Below are positions 40,026-52,744 of a DNA stretch of 64,000 bases, piece by piece. Below the pieces are notes generated by a model. That model did not search any database. It was not told where the DNA came from and worked only from the letters and a program-made list of their open reading frames with translations. The first letter of the stretch is position 1, and each line of letters opens with the position of its first letter. The stretch spans positions 49,764,788-49,828,787 of the forward strand of contig CM120640.1 in NCBI GenBank assembly GCA_051362555.1. Reading direction: 5' to 3'. This DNA comes from Lingula anatina (taxonomy: Eukaryota > Animalia > Brachiopoda). Made by a program: the position numbers and the translations under genes.

Positions 40026-40160
40026 TAATAGATCTGCAGATCAAATATGGCTGACCCACTTGAATGCTTGTCAGTTAATCCCAACAGGGAATCTGTCCAG
40101 TGTCTATAAGGGGATTATTTGGCAAGCTTTTAAGTGGTCGCAGTAGATCTACAGACCAAA
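40026..40160. repeat. Imperfect fold-back (MITE-like) element
   Basis: CCACTTGAATGCTTGTCAGTTAATCCC pairs imperfectly with GGGATTATTTGGCAAGCTTTTAAGTGG; the AAATATGGCTG(A/G)CCCACTT motif recurs near 42232. Confidence 0.5.
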
Positions 40161-40237
40161 GTTATGATTGACCCTAGGAAAAACCTTAATGCTGGTTATG
40201 CTCAAAAACATGCACTCTATGAATTTGGCATTTCTTC

Positions 40238-40268
<31 letters not shown>

Positions 40269-42355
40269 ACCACAATATACCCCTGAAATTTAACTGCTAT
40301 AATCCTTAAACAATGTATAAACAAAAAAAACAAAAATTAACTCTGTCTGCTGACCCAGTTTACAGAAAGTCTCCACTTGTTTATAACTTCTTAGTTTTGT
40401 CTTTCCTAATATATACCTAATCATTTTTAGAATTTTTCTTTCAGCTGTCAGTGTATCTTTTATCACAACAAGTAGCATACTTCTTTGAGCACCAGGTTGT
40501 ATTTTTCGAAATGGGTTCTGAGAGGGCTTCTCAACAAGCATTGAACTTTGGCTTCATAAATGCTGGAAAGTGATAAAAAACAGATCTCCTTGATATTGAC
40601 ATATGTGTTGGGACAAAATAGAAGATATATTTGGATTTGAATGGAAAGTTTTGGAAAGTGCTAACTTTCCATGGCAACTGTCATCAATGCACAAAAAACT
40701 TCTTAACTGTATGAAAGTCATTTTTGTCCATAGTTTATAATAAAATTAAATTTGTGTTGTTGCATCTTGAAAAGGGGAGTTGTTATGTATATATAGTAGT
40801 AGTGTACATTGAAATGATATCTATTTTTGGAAATGAACAGAACTAATGCCAACTTTGTAAAAAAATGCACAGAACTTTCATTGAAAACTTTAATTTGAGA
40901 AAAGTAGCAAACAGCAAGTTTCTTGCAGCAGTGATAACAGTTCTCACTCTTGGCAATAGGTGGCAGTACAGACTGACTTTTTACTGAGAAAAAACTGTTA
41001 TTTATGTTGCATGGGCTTCAAAGTACAACTTGATCTTCAGCCAGGAGCAGCAAATAGTGCCTTTTTTGGCCACTGTATGCTACTAGTAAAATTACTCTAC
41101 AAATAGATGGATTTTTGCATTGATATTCACATTATGCTGAAGGCATTATTTGAAACACTTTATCCACTTCTGCCTTCATAATGCGCCTTACATTCGTGCT
41201 CTTCAGAACTATATTCATCTGGATTGTGTTAATGTTTCTTAAGCTACAGTCTTGTGAAACTAGTCAATAATTTCAGCTATGTCATGTTTCCGGGAAATCC
41301 CAGTGCTGGGGTATTGTAGGTTACTATTCAACTGAAAGGGTGTCACTGAAAAATCATCGCCTTTTAAATATTTGTCTGAGCTAGCTTGATATTTATGCAT
41401 GTTTGCTGTGGAAATTTTGTGTTACGATGACATACATCTAGGGCATTAGCCAGGCAACCATCCAGCTGTCTTTTGGAACCCTTGTTTCATTTCTGGGCAG
41501 TTAATTGTTTAGGATTTCTTTTCTTGGAGCATAAAAAGCCTAGATCTAGTAAGAAAAAATTGTAGTCCCCCATGATTGCAAACCCCTTGTAAAACCTCCG
41601 TGTATGTTAAAAATTGAAATGAGAATTTAAAGGATTAGAGGTAAAACTTAAGTATGGTGTGCCTTTTGTAATATGTGACTTCCAATATATATTGAAGAAG
41701 TTCATTCGACTTGATCTCATTTATGGGAGACATTATTTATTTAACTGCAATAATCTCCAGTTTCTTCAACACTATCCTTTTAGGTGAAAGGTTTATCATA
41801 ATTAGCAAGGCAAGGAGAGAGGAAGTGCAGTAAATCTAAGCAAAGAATTCAATTATTCTCATACGCTTGGGAAATAGTCTGAGTAAACCAGCTATTGGAT
41901 AAAAAGACAATTTCAGGAGAATCCAAGCTACATCTGTGTAACATAATATCTAGTACTGCTTCCAATATATGTTTTTATTGGGCTGTAATGACAGAATTGC
42001 CCTTATAGTTGACCACTACTGCCTTGGAAGACTGATCATGTCATTTTGAAATGAAACAATAGAAAATTTCTGCAGTGTCATCGACAATTTTGTATTTTTT
42101 TTCAGCCATTGCTCATTTTAGTTTTTAGGGCAATAATACACAACAAATATATTGTACATTTTTGAGGCCACTTTTCTTTTAATTAGCCAAACCAATGAGT
42201 GCATTTAGAACAAATATCGCCAGTATCGGACCAAATATGGCTGGCCCACTTAAAAGCAATGTCGACTAATCCCCTGATGCTCTTCCTGCCTCACATGTGC
42301 TATTGCTGCAGGGGCCTAGCAATTGAACCTTTAAGTTGAGATTTAATCCATCTTA

Positions 42356-43034
42356 TGCCCCTATTTCACACAGACCACGAAGCCCACGAATGGCCAGGAA
42401 TTGACAATTTTCACGAATCGTGGTTGAATCGTAATCAGCTCGTGAAGTTCTTAACAGATTCGTATATATTCGTAGTCAGTTCTTGCACTTCGTGACCAAC
42501 AGGAATTGGTGGCAAAAACTTTGATGCCCCTATTTCACACAGACCACGAATCCCACGAATCGCCAAGAATTGAAAATTACAGGATTCTTTGGTTGAATCG
42601 TAATCAGTTCGTGAAGTTCTTAACAGATTCGTATATAATCGTAGTCAGTTCTTGCAATTCTTGATCAATCGGGAATTTGTGGCAAAAAATTTAAGCTGTT
42701 CAAAGTTTTGGCCACGAACTCCCGATTCCAAAAAATCGTCGTGAATTTCTGGACAATATTCGTGCAATTCCAGCCGAATCCCACGACTATTCGTAACACT
42801 ATCGCACCTGTATCATAACTGAATCGTAGAGCGTGTCGAATTAGACCAGAAAATTGGCAAAATCTCACGATTCCAGCCGAATCCCACGAATATTCGTAAC
42901 ACTATTGTACCTGTATCGTAACTGAACTGTGAGGGTGTCGAATTAGACCAGAAAATTGGCAAAATCTCACGAATCCTGAAATTTCTCAATTCCTGGCGAT
43001 TCGTGGGGTTCGTGGTCTGTGTGAAATAGGGGCC
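42356..43034. mobile_element. PIF/Harbinger-type (Tourist-like) MITE
   Basis: Long TIRs GCCCCTATTTCACACAGACCACGAA...TTCGTGGTCTGTGTGAAATAGGGGC, TTA on both flanks (42353-42355, 43035-43037), no transposase ORF, internal ~169-bp and ~103-bp duplications. Confidence 0.88.
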
Positions 43035-43262
43035 TTATGGCGCGTGTGGAGGCAGAGAGACCATCAGGAGATTGGGGGGGGGGTTGTTTTTTAGTCGGAT
43101 CAGCCATATTTAGTCTATGGATCAGTTAGTCCGCAGATCATCTATTCTGAATGTGACCAATGGTAACATTCTTTCCTCTTAGTAAACATGGTAGGTGAGC
43201 AGGAGTAGTAATTTCATTAGATGGGATGTAACATGTCAAAATTTGAAAGATGTAAGACAGTG

Positions 43263-43423
43263 CAAGCCTGTAGCCATGGGGGGTTTGGGGGGGGGAGGGA
43301 GAAAGAAACCCCCATTTTGCCAGGAAAATGCCCCCTCTGGGTAAAATTTTATGTAGGTACATGAAAGTTTCATTGTAAAAGGTCCACTTTTTCAGACTTT
43401 TGAAATTGTTGACTACAGGCTTG
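43263..43423. mobile_element. Short TIR element
   Basis: CAAGCCTGTAGCCA ... TGACTACAGGCTTG inverted ends; flanks CAGTG/CAATG. Confidence 0.6.
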
Positions 43424-46400
43424 CAATGAACATGCCATGTACTGCCTTTTGAAAAGATTAATTAAAACATTTGTATTGTGAATTGTACAATGCTAGTTAA
43501 ATTAATGCCATCTCATTCAATTCTGATTGTTTTCATTCTACTGCTAAAAGATAGATCTCCATTGCATGTTTTGTAATTTATGGATAATGATTTCCAGAAC
43601 TTTCAAAGTCTGGCTGCCACTCAGTGAAATATGACGTACATACCTTGCTACATGCATTTATCATTTAATGAATACAATATATACAGACTATTTTGTACAG
43701 TCGAATTTTAATTATTTTTTATTAAAGTGCTCTTGCCAGTTTCACTATAACCTATGCAAAAAAAAACATCAAATGTTGAAAAAAAAATGATCCCAGTTAT
43801 GCCCCATTCCCTACATTGATTTGGTCCAATCTGAAATTGTTTACATCATTGTTATGTATCCCAACTGTAAAGGAAATTTTATTGGAAAGCAATATTTAAC
43901 TTCACACACTATGTAGAAAGTGCAGTGTGGTAGAACACATCCAATGCCACGTGCATGATTGTGATAGCATTCAGTGGGGAATACAGAGAGTGCTTATTAT
44001 GTGGAATGATATAATGGATCATGTACTACAGGTAATTGTAGAGAGGCTGCACTGACATCACTGTGAGGCACGGGTGATGATTCATGAAATAATCCAAATG
44101 CATGTATAATGAGGGACCTGGATGAAAAGTCAAGTGGAACGGCACCTTTATCACATGCCCTCAGGTCACAAGGGGTTTGATAAGAATATTATATATATTC
44201 CCTAAGTATGTAGATATCCACCTAGCTTAAGTGCCCACCTTCTGTGGAGTTTGGCATACATTCCAAGTGCACTATAAAAGGGACTGTTGGATTTGGATGC
44301 TGGCTTATTTTATCTTATAATAATTCAGGTCCCTGAAAATGGAGGAGAGAGAAGAAAACTCAGGTATGACAGGAGCTGCTTGGAGATGTACTGAAGTTGT
44401 GGAGCTAACCATTTTTTCCTTTTTAGATGTTTTAAAACCTTTTATGAGTATCTCTGTGTTGGTGTGATGTCACTATTATATTAGTTCTACTGTAATTATT
44501 GGTGAAGTGATGCAGTGTTGTTCTAAACTACAGGTGTGTGTGGCAGAGTGGATTGCTGTCACTTTGGATTCCCTTCATGTCTGACTGACCTTGCTATTTT
44601 TTCATAACGTCACCTTCCTGGGTTGCATTACTCTGTGTAACAAAGAATGTAGCTTATTCCAACCATTAATACACATCATACAAACTTTCACATCTTAGAC
44701 TAAGACTTTGTATTAAAGTCTTACTGTAGTGTATATTTTTGAACTTATTGCTACATTGTATTGATCTGTTCATAAGACTGATTTGCAAAGGAATGAATTT
44801 TGATTTGGTCTTGGTGCTGATATATACACAGTCCCATAAAAACGTTTTTATTTCCATCATGAACATTTGATTTGGTGACAAATTTGAAAAATCAAAATGC
44901 ATATATATGTATATTATTTTGTAGTATGATTATTAATGTGTCTGTATACAATAACATGAAGCTATTTTTTTATAAGTTTTTTTCCTGTTTAGAATTTTCA
45001 AAATGTTCAAAGCCAGCATTGTTATTTTGTTATATTCTCTTGTAGTCTGGCTGGTTTAAAAGAAATTTTATTTCCTGCTTCTGTGTAATACTTATTTTTT
45101 GCATTTTCTTGCTCCTGTAATTTTCAGTTGTTCCTTTTCACATTTGTTATTTGTAAGCCTTTCTGTCTTATTGTATGTTTGGGGCTGGTGTGTCAAAGTG
45201 CTCAACTGTGAGTGAATATAAATAAATGAAAGGGCTTGGTAATGTACATGTAACATCCTCCCCACTCATGCATAAGTAAACATCTAGCTTCAGTATTGTG
45301 AAGAATGTATTACCAATGACACATCTGCAGAAAGACCAAACCCTCAGGAGTTCACAGGAACCAAGAACAAACTTTGAGTCAGTATAAATGGACTAAAAGA
45401 GCACATTTCCTCACTGCTTTTGTACATTTTGTTTGAGTATTTTTTTTGGTAATACATTCTAGCTGGTATGCATGTCCGTTCCTTGCTTTTAATATTAAAA
45501 AAAAAAAACCTCTTGACCCACCTGTTACAGGTTTTGAAACCTGAAAGAAACTTAAGCAGGTTATGTTGCTTATTTTTTAAACTTGTAATATGCAATCTGC
45601 ATGCTAGAATTTGTTAGCTTTGATGGCAAGTTGGAAATAATTTTTATTTTGTATGTGTGTATGTATGTGTGCATGTGTGGAAAGGCTACCAGCAAGTTGT
45701 TTGTTATTTTGTGGCAAGAAACAAGGAAATAATTAATAATGAAACCAAAAATGATCATTTGTCTTGGGATTTGAAGTTTTTATGCCACCTGACCTGATCG
45801 ATTAACATGGATATGAATGAATTGCATGTGTCTGCATTGGCCTATTGCTTGGTATGGTTGAATCCTGAGGGAGACCTCTAAATTAGTTATGGTATTCCAC
45901 TGCATTGATCAGACTGGTGCCTTTCTTGTAAACCTGTCAAGAGACTTTCTAAACATGACACTTTGGTGGTGGGCAGGTCTGAATATCAAACCACAAACCA
46001 AAGACCCCATTCACATCCAGTGGTGTATTGTATAGCTGCACTAAAAATATTATTAATTAGTGGGTATATTTGTTTTTTTTATTATTATTATTTGCATACT
46101 TAGATATAATGATTTGTGATCTGTGTTCAGCTTGTGGTGTATTTGGAGGGTAACAGGCATTCTTTAGGAGTTCTATTTGTTTTATTTCTTGGTATTCTTA
46201 GATTTTTATCATTAATTTGCCAGGGAAATTTCAAGATGCAAAAGAGATACACAGACAGATGGCCAATTAGCAGCCACCATCAATATCACAGAGCTCACGC
46301 ACAATACAGAGATTACCAAAATTCAGAACATTTTTGATGCTCTTACAATCTCTCTTCCTAGCAGTTATAATTTTATGCTCAGATAAGGATTGTTACTATC

Positions 46401-48641
46401 TTAAATATAAAACCATTTGTTGGATAAATGCTTAACATTTCTCATGAAAATCTTTTCTTTATATTAAGAACTTGCTTTTTTTGCACATAAATGATGTTAA
46501 AAGTCATTGTGCATATGGACCTTTGGCCTTTTAAGAGATATAATTGATCTTTTTACTAGCAGTAGTCTCTCTCTCTCTCTCTTTTCTACTATTTGTCAGC
46601 TTAATTTTAGCCTTTGCTTTTATTGATGTTCAGATTTTAACATGGATCATAAGACTTATAATGAAAAAAAACCCAACTAAGAAAACATCTTATGTAATAT
46701 AATCAATAATATAGCAGGTAGTTGATATTTGATATGATTACATAGTTCTGGATGGCATGCAGTTTTGCTGTGCAGCCTGCAGTCTGCATTTTTTATCTGC
46801 ATTGTACATCTGCTGCTTTGCCTGGTGTGATAATTGCCCCAAAACAAAAGATCCTCTGAGTTACCATGGAATGATACCAAAAGCTTATGGAAAAAACTAG
46901 TCACTCTTGTCACTTCAGAAGCAATTTGATGTTGTGCTTTTAATATCAGCATCATCAGATGTAACTGTATTGACTCTAAAACCTGTTTAATTACCTTTTT
47001 TGGTTAAACAGGTGTCTTTTTATATTGTATAGGTAGCACTCTTAGTTTTAAGCCAGTGACAGGGCCTGTACTTAAAACAAGCCTCTGTACACCAATTTTC
47101 TGTGTTTGTTTCAGTGTTCTGTTACTCAAGATGAAAAGATGTGAACAGTTGCAAACTATGTAATTCAACATGTTTTTCACATTTCTTTGTTGACCTAGTA
47201 TTAACATTTTAACAAAAATTTACTGAGATCTATTTTAGTCCTTGGCAGCTACATGTAGTTAAACCAATGCCATTAAGTTTAAACTGAATACTTTTAGATG
47301 CATATTACCATACACAGAGGTAGTTATTAGACCCATCCTGTGCCATCCACAAATTATTATGTGGTGGCCATTTAATGTGTATGCAAAGTCAGCTGAGCTG
47401 TACATTAAAAAGTTATATGTGCACACCAAAAGGATGGCTGAACTATAGAAAATATGGGGCGGGAGGGGGGGGTGGGGGTAGGCGCCCTTACATGTTTCTC
47501 TTGAGAAAACATCTGAGAAAATCATTTAAGATGAACTGGAAGATTGCCATTTACCACTGAGATATTCATCTAGATTTACATAAACATAGTGTTTTTTTTT
47601 TCAATGATCGAGTTTTGCAAATTCAAAACCCATGAATACAGCTTAAGCTAAAGATACGACACTAATGCGTATGATGATTGCTTGTTGATTATCTTTATCT
47701 TCATGATAATCACTTATTTATTCAAATTGGAACTGTACTGTTGACATGAACACTGTTTACGGTTTTGATAGTCAGGGTTGATATAAAAAGATGACTCATA
47801 AAATATTTTCTAATTTCTAGATATATCAATTGTATTTCACATTTTTGATAGATGATAAGGGCCCATGACTTAATTTCTACTGTGTCAAAGTTTTAAAATG
47901 TTGTCTCATTGCATGTACAGCATGCAAGGAGATCTGAACTTTCACAAATTGCCAGACAGTCAAAAACAGGTTTCTTCTCAGTCTGAAGTTCAGGCCAAGT
48001 GCCAGACAACAAGAAAACATTGCTTATCTATGAAGTCTAAACCCAGGAGACACTTATAACCATGTCACAGTGTAATTTGAAAAGTACCTCTTAGGATTAA
48101 TTGATTATGGAAAACTTTGGCAAAAGAAGGCATATGGTAGTAACTAATATAATGATGGTTAATGATCAGCTGCACTGCACAGGACCAACTAACGATGTTT
48201 AAAAGACAAAAAAAAAAGGCTTTGTTGTGTGAACTTAAAGAAAGATGATTGTGTTTTGGCAGTGAACACAATGTGATGTTCTCAACTGACACAGTTGAAG
48301 GACAGCTTTCTCACCCAATGTTATTACACCCTGGTAATTATGCAAAGAGTACTAGTACTAGTTTCACTATTTGCTGTGCTATTTAAGATAAGTTATGGTT
48401 ACAAAAAGTATTTTAGATTATGATAGAACAGGGCTTGATTTTATGGATTAATACTGATATTTCATTTCCAGAGAGTATGCTTTGGTGTTTATAGTACTTT
48501 TTCTTTAGGTGCATCCTATTCAAAGCAATATCAGGCTTTTTTTTCATACCAGTGACTTTTCTATAATTTGTCAACTATTGTTGATTGCATCTTTATTTTT
48601 GAACAGTGTGTCAACAACATCTGTTTTATTTTGTCTTTCAG

Positions 48642-48738
48642 GAGCCAGCAGCTGCTTGTGCTCTAATGCCACAATGGTGCAGCCACAGGGTGCACGACCC
48701 ATGCACCAAAGAGCCCCGAAGATTGGAGACTTGCCCAG
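48642..48738 (+). CDS. Putative upstream coding exon of CaMKK
   Basis: Strong acceptor TTTTGTCTTTCAG and donor AG|GTGAG; GC-richer than its flanks; open frame GASSCLCSNATMVQPQGARPMHQRAPKIGDLPR ends in phase 2, compatible with the exon at 58201. Confidence 0.65.
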
Positions 48739-51700
48739 GTGAGCCTTAGTTAAATCTTTATGGAATTTTTATGGTCATTTATTGCACTGAGTGTATCATG
48801 CAACTGGAAGTAGATTTCACATGTAACCACCACCTATGCTTATTCATTCAGCAGTGCTTGTTGTACCAATGTTTTTATTAGTGTTTGAGCTAATTTTTTT
48901 AAGAATTAAAATTAAAGTGTTGATTACGATATTGAAATATTTTCAGTTCTCATGAATTACTGGTGAGCTAATTCCTGATATATGAATTGGACATTGCTGG
49001 AGTAGATGTAGACAAATGGGAATAGCATTGTGTGTAATGGATTGAAAATAAGGGTAATAGAAATTGCATATATGCACTATTAATGGTTTACCTTATCAAA
49101 CTTAGAACCCAAGCATTTACAAGCAATGCAAGTTGATCAGACAGACCATAAACCTTAGATGAACTTGTGAAGCTGCAGGCCTGGCTAGCTTATAATCTGC
49201 CCCAGTAGTGCCATCATTCCATTCTGCTTTAGGCATTAGAGATGCATTACTTCATTTTGCAAATACTAGTAACGCAACTTTGTGATGTAACAAGTTAATG
49301 TTTTATGCACCTGGTTTTGAAAATATATGAGTTTGCTTACCTTATGTTTTTTGTTGAGCAGTTGTCTATTCCAGTCCATGTAGCCAAATTCTGCAGAAAT
49401 CTGCCTACTCAAATACAACCTTTGATATCAGAAACGGAAACTGCTCTGTAATCTATATATTGGAAAAAGAAATGCATTTGATTATTTGAGGTTCATATTT
49501 TATTCAGAGTTAAAAGCATCGTGTGTTTATAAAGTCAGGCTTTTTGTTCTCAGGAAAACTGGTTATGATTTGTTCTAATGGATCCAATGACTTCCGCAGT
49601 AGCAAAACAAAATGAGCTTTGTTATCAGTGCAGTCAATTTGGGCAAGACTCGCTGCTGTTTTCTGTCACTGAGGGTCAATCAGGATTGCTAGTATTATTT
49701 TGTTCCTATTGTTTTTCAAATCAAGCTAAATAAATCAGAAAATGATAATGTGATAACAATGAGTAATGGGCTCTGTTGGAATATAGAGAACAGTCTTTAC
49801 ATTTTGCAAAATTCTGACAGGTTGATGCATATGTTGACTATAATAGTTTTGAAATTGTACAGTTTACTACCTTCCCCTGCTAGTACAATGTAGATAGATC
49901 TGAAAATATGCAAATAAATATCAGCAATTTATGTGTATGTGTGCATGTATGTGTGTTTGAGTATGTTTGGGGGGGGGGGGGGCAAATAGAAAGAAAATTC
50001 CCCATGGGTTATCATGCTATTATGGGAATCTGTCATCTGCACTTTAAAGAAGACACATTATTTGCTTGGCCAAGTATTGTCAAAGTAAAGAAAAAATCCT
50101 CAGGTAGTTTGGGGCTTAGTTTTGTTTCAAATGGTACATAATGACAAAAATTGAGTCTGCAACCAGTTACCTTGAATAATTAATCTCCTCAATTGTAAAT
50201 CTCCAAATGGTGATGTTTCCACATACCAATAATGTGATTGATAGGCCTGTCTCTGTTTCTATTTTGTATGGGCTATTTGTTTTGTCAATCGATTGATCTC
50301 AGTGCACACTTCTTTAGTTGGCAGATTGCCGCTTTCCTGACCACTCAGGTGCCAGCTTATGAGAATCAATAACAAAAGGTGCTTGTAAAAAGCGGCACAG
50401 TTGATAGGCCAATTCTGCTGGGATAGACGTAGGGTAGAAAGTGTCCCAGATTGAACGTCCTCGAGTTTCATTGCTCGGGGACTGACGTGTTTAAATCATG
50501 AAGCAGCATTGCGGAAGGTTTGGTGGGTAAGTTCAGTGAGATATGCTGTGGATTAGATCTGACTCTCCGTTGTTTCATTGTGTGAGCTCTATCATTAGTA
50601 CAAAAAGATTAACTTCAGCGTAAGTTAAACTGATTTAGAAATATACACCAGCAGAATGGTAGGCTATAGTCTGGTTTGTTCAGATGAGATATAGAATAAA
50701 TTCATGTGTAACATCTACATGTACACCTGGTTATGGAATGAACCCCCTTTTTTTTTTTTGATATAGTTGTGTAATTGTTTATTCAGATGAAAAAGTGTGC
50801 TATACTTTTGACAACAAGAAGACTGAAATATGTGCTTGCCAGCTAGGCATGTTAACTTGGGCATGGTAACTTGGGACCATCATATGATCTCATATGTGTG
50901 GAAAATTCTAGCCTCTTCTAAAAAGTAACATATATGAGTTTCTTTTAATCATGCATGAAATCCTTTATGGATGCTACTGCTAGATGTTTAAGAACAATAT
51001 TTCTCTCTGTGCTCAATAGAAAGAATGAATCTGACATTTGTAATTGATAGTTGAAACTAAGTGTGCCAATGATTAAACTGATCCACCCTTCCTACACAAT
51101 AACCAGGTGAATAGAACAATTCATGCAAGAAAAAGATATCCTGTTAGATCCTGTTAGTGGTTCTTGCCTAATACATCACTGGTAAGACTGGCAGCCTTCC
51201 ATTTAACAGATTTAATAGGAGAAATTCTCAGTTTAGAGTTTGCATACTTAACACTGCTGGCCTTGCAGGATCATACAGTCACTTGGCTTATGTCACTGCT
51301 CAGTGGGATTTAGTTCCCTGCATGCTGTATGAGGGTATCAGATAGCATGCTACAGCTGACCAGCTGCACACACACACAGCTCATTGGGCCCCAACATACT
51401 GGACTGGACTGAGTATGGAGGAAAGAAGAGGTTAAGTGGCCCAGGGTTTTGCACACCAAAAACAGATTATTAGGCAAATAAAACCAAAACTGGCACATGT
51501 AAGTGATGACTGAATACAAATATGCAAAGTTGGATTTAGTTCTTATGTAACCATGGATTGGACCTGAAATACACTTGGTTGCATTATACAAGATGCATTG
51601 AGATATTTTCCTTCTTTATTTTTTTCAATGCTTCTGTTGTAAACATGCATCGAAGTAAATACATTCTGTAAGCATAAACACATGCATGTGAACTGAAATT

Positions 51701-52697
51701 TACATGCAAGAAACAAAGAGTTCATTACCATTGCTCTCTTGGTGTAGCCATGCATACAACAGAGATGCCAAGTGAAGTTCAATTCTGGAGGTTATCATAG
51801 CGAAGAGGGTTTTTAATGCTATTTTCATTGCAAGGGGACAGTGCATAATTATGTATACCACTCCTGATAACAGCATTGGTTGAATTTATAAATGAAATGA
51901 TTTCATTCCTTGATTTTTGGATAGAAAATTCCTTGCAAGAATATTTTACAGTTTGGTGTCAGTAATTAATTTTTAAAAAATTGTCTCTTGTGTTGCTAAC
52001 ACTGGAATGACACCAACACAAATCAGCCAGCACTGAGAGCACTGGTTGGATGTATATATGTGGAATAATTCGGTCAGCTCAGGAGGCAATGTCATCTATT
52101 CATCTGAGGACTTCAATTTTTTTTTTTTGAAGAAGAAGAAAAATACTTCTATCAGTCACTTTGCATTAATTCTAAGTGCCAGTCATATGTTGACAGGTGG
52201 GTTACACTGAGTAAGACTGTTTGCTCCTCCTGTAGTCCATGCTGAATAGGTGAGAACATGGCTGTAGGCCTTCAGGTTGTTTACTGGTTTAAGATTCCAC
52301 GACATGTACAGAGAGGCCCATGTAGCTAAATGTAAAATGAGCAATTATCCCTATACTATTAGTTATCCCAATATTTTTGGTCAGCTATTTTTGGTAAAAG
52401 GCAAGTGATGCTTTTCTCACTGTGGAAGATTTATGGCTAAATTAATTTTACATTAGGTATAAATTTTTGAAACAATTTTTTTTCTAAAATGCTATATTCA
52501 TTTTTTTGTGCATACATCAATCAAGAAATGTTATCTTGGATACAAATCTTGTGATCCAGAAAGTTGGACGTGAATTCATGAGATTGGGTTTGGAAGGAGG
52601 GGGGGGGTGTTGAGACTTAAAACCAGGAAACTGCCATCTAGAATACTTGGCAGGTATGAAGGTATGGATACTCCTTACTAACCAAACTCACATATGT

Positions 52698-52712
52698 GCA
52701 CACACATACACA

Positions 52713-52744
<32 letters not shown>
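52698..52744. repeat. (CA)n microsatellite
   Basis: Direct reading. Confidence 0.95.

Noticed and set aside
42356-43034. Repeat cluster as CRISPR-like array or ORF 42665-42868
   Set aside because: Eukaryotic context, no unique spacers; TIRs plus TTA duplication explain it as a MITE.
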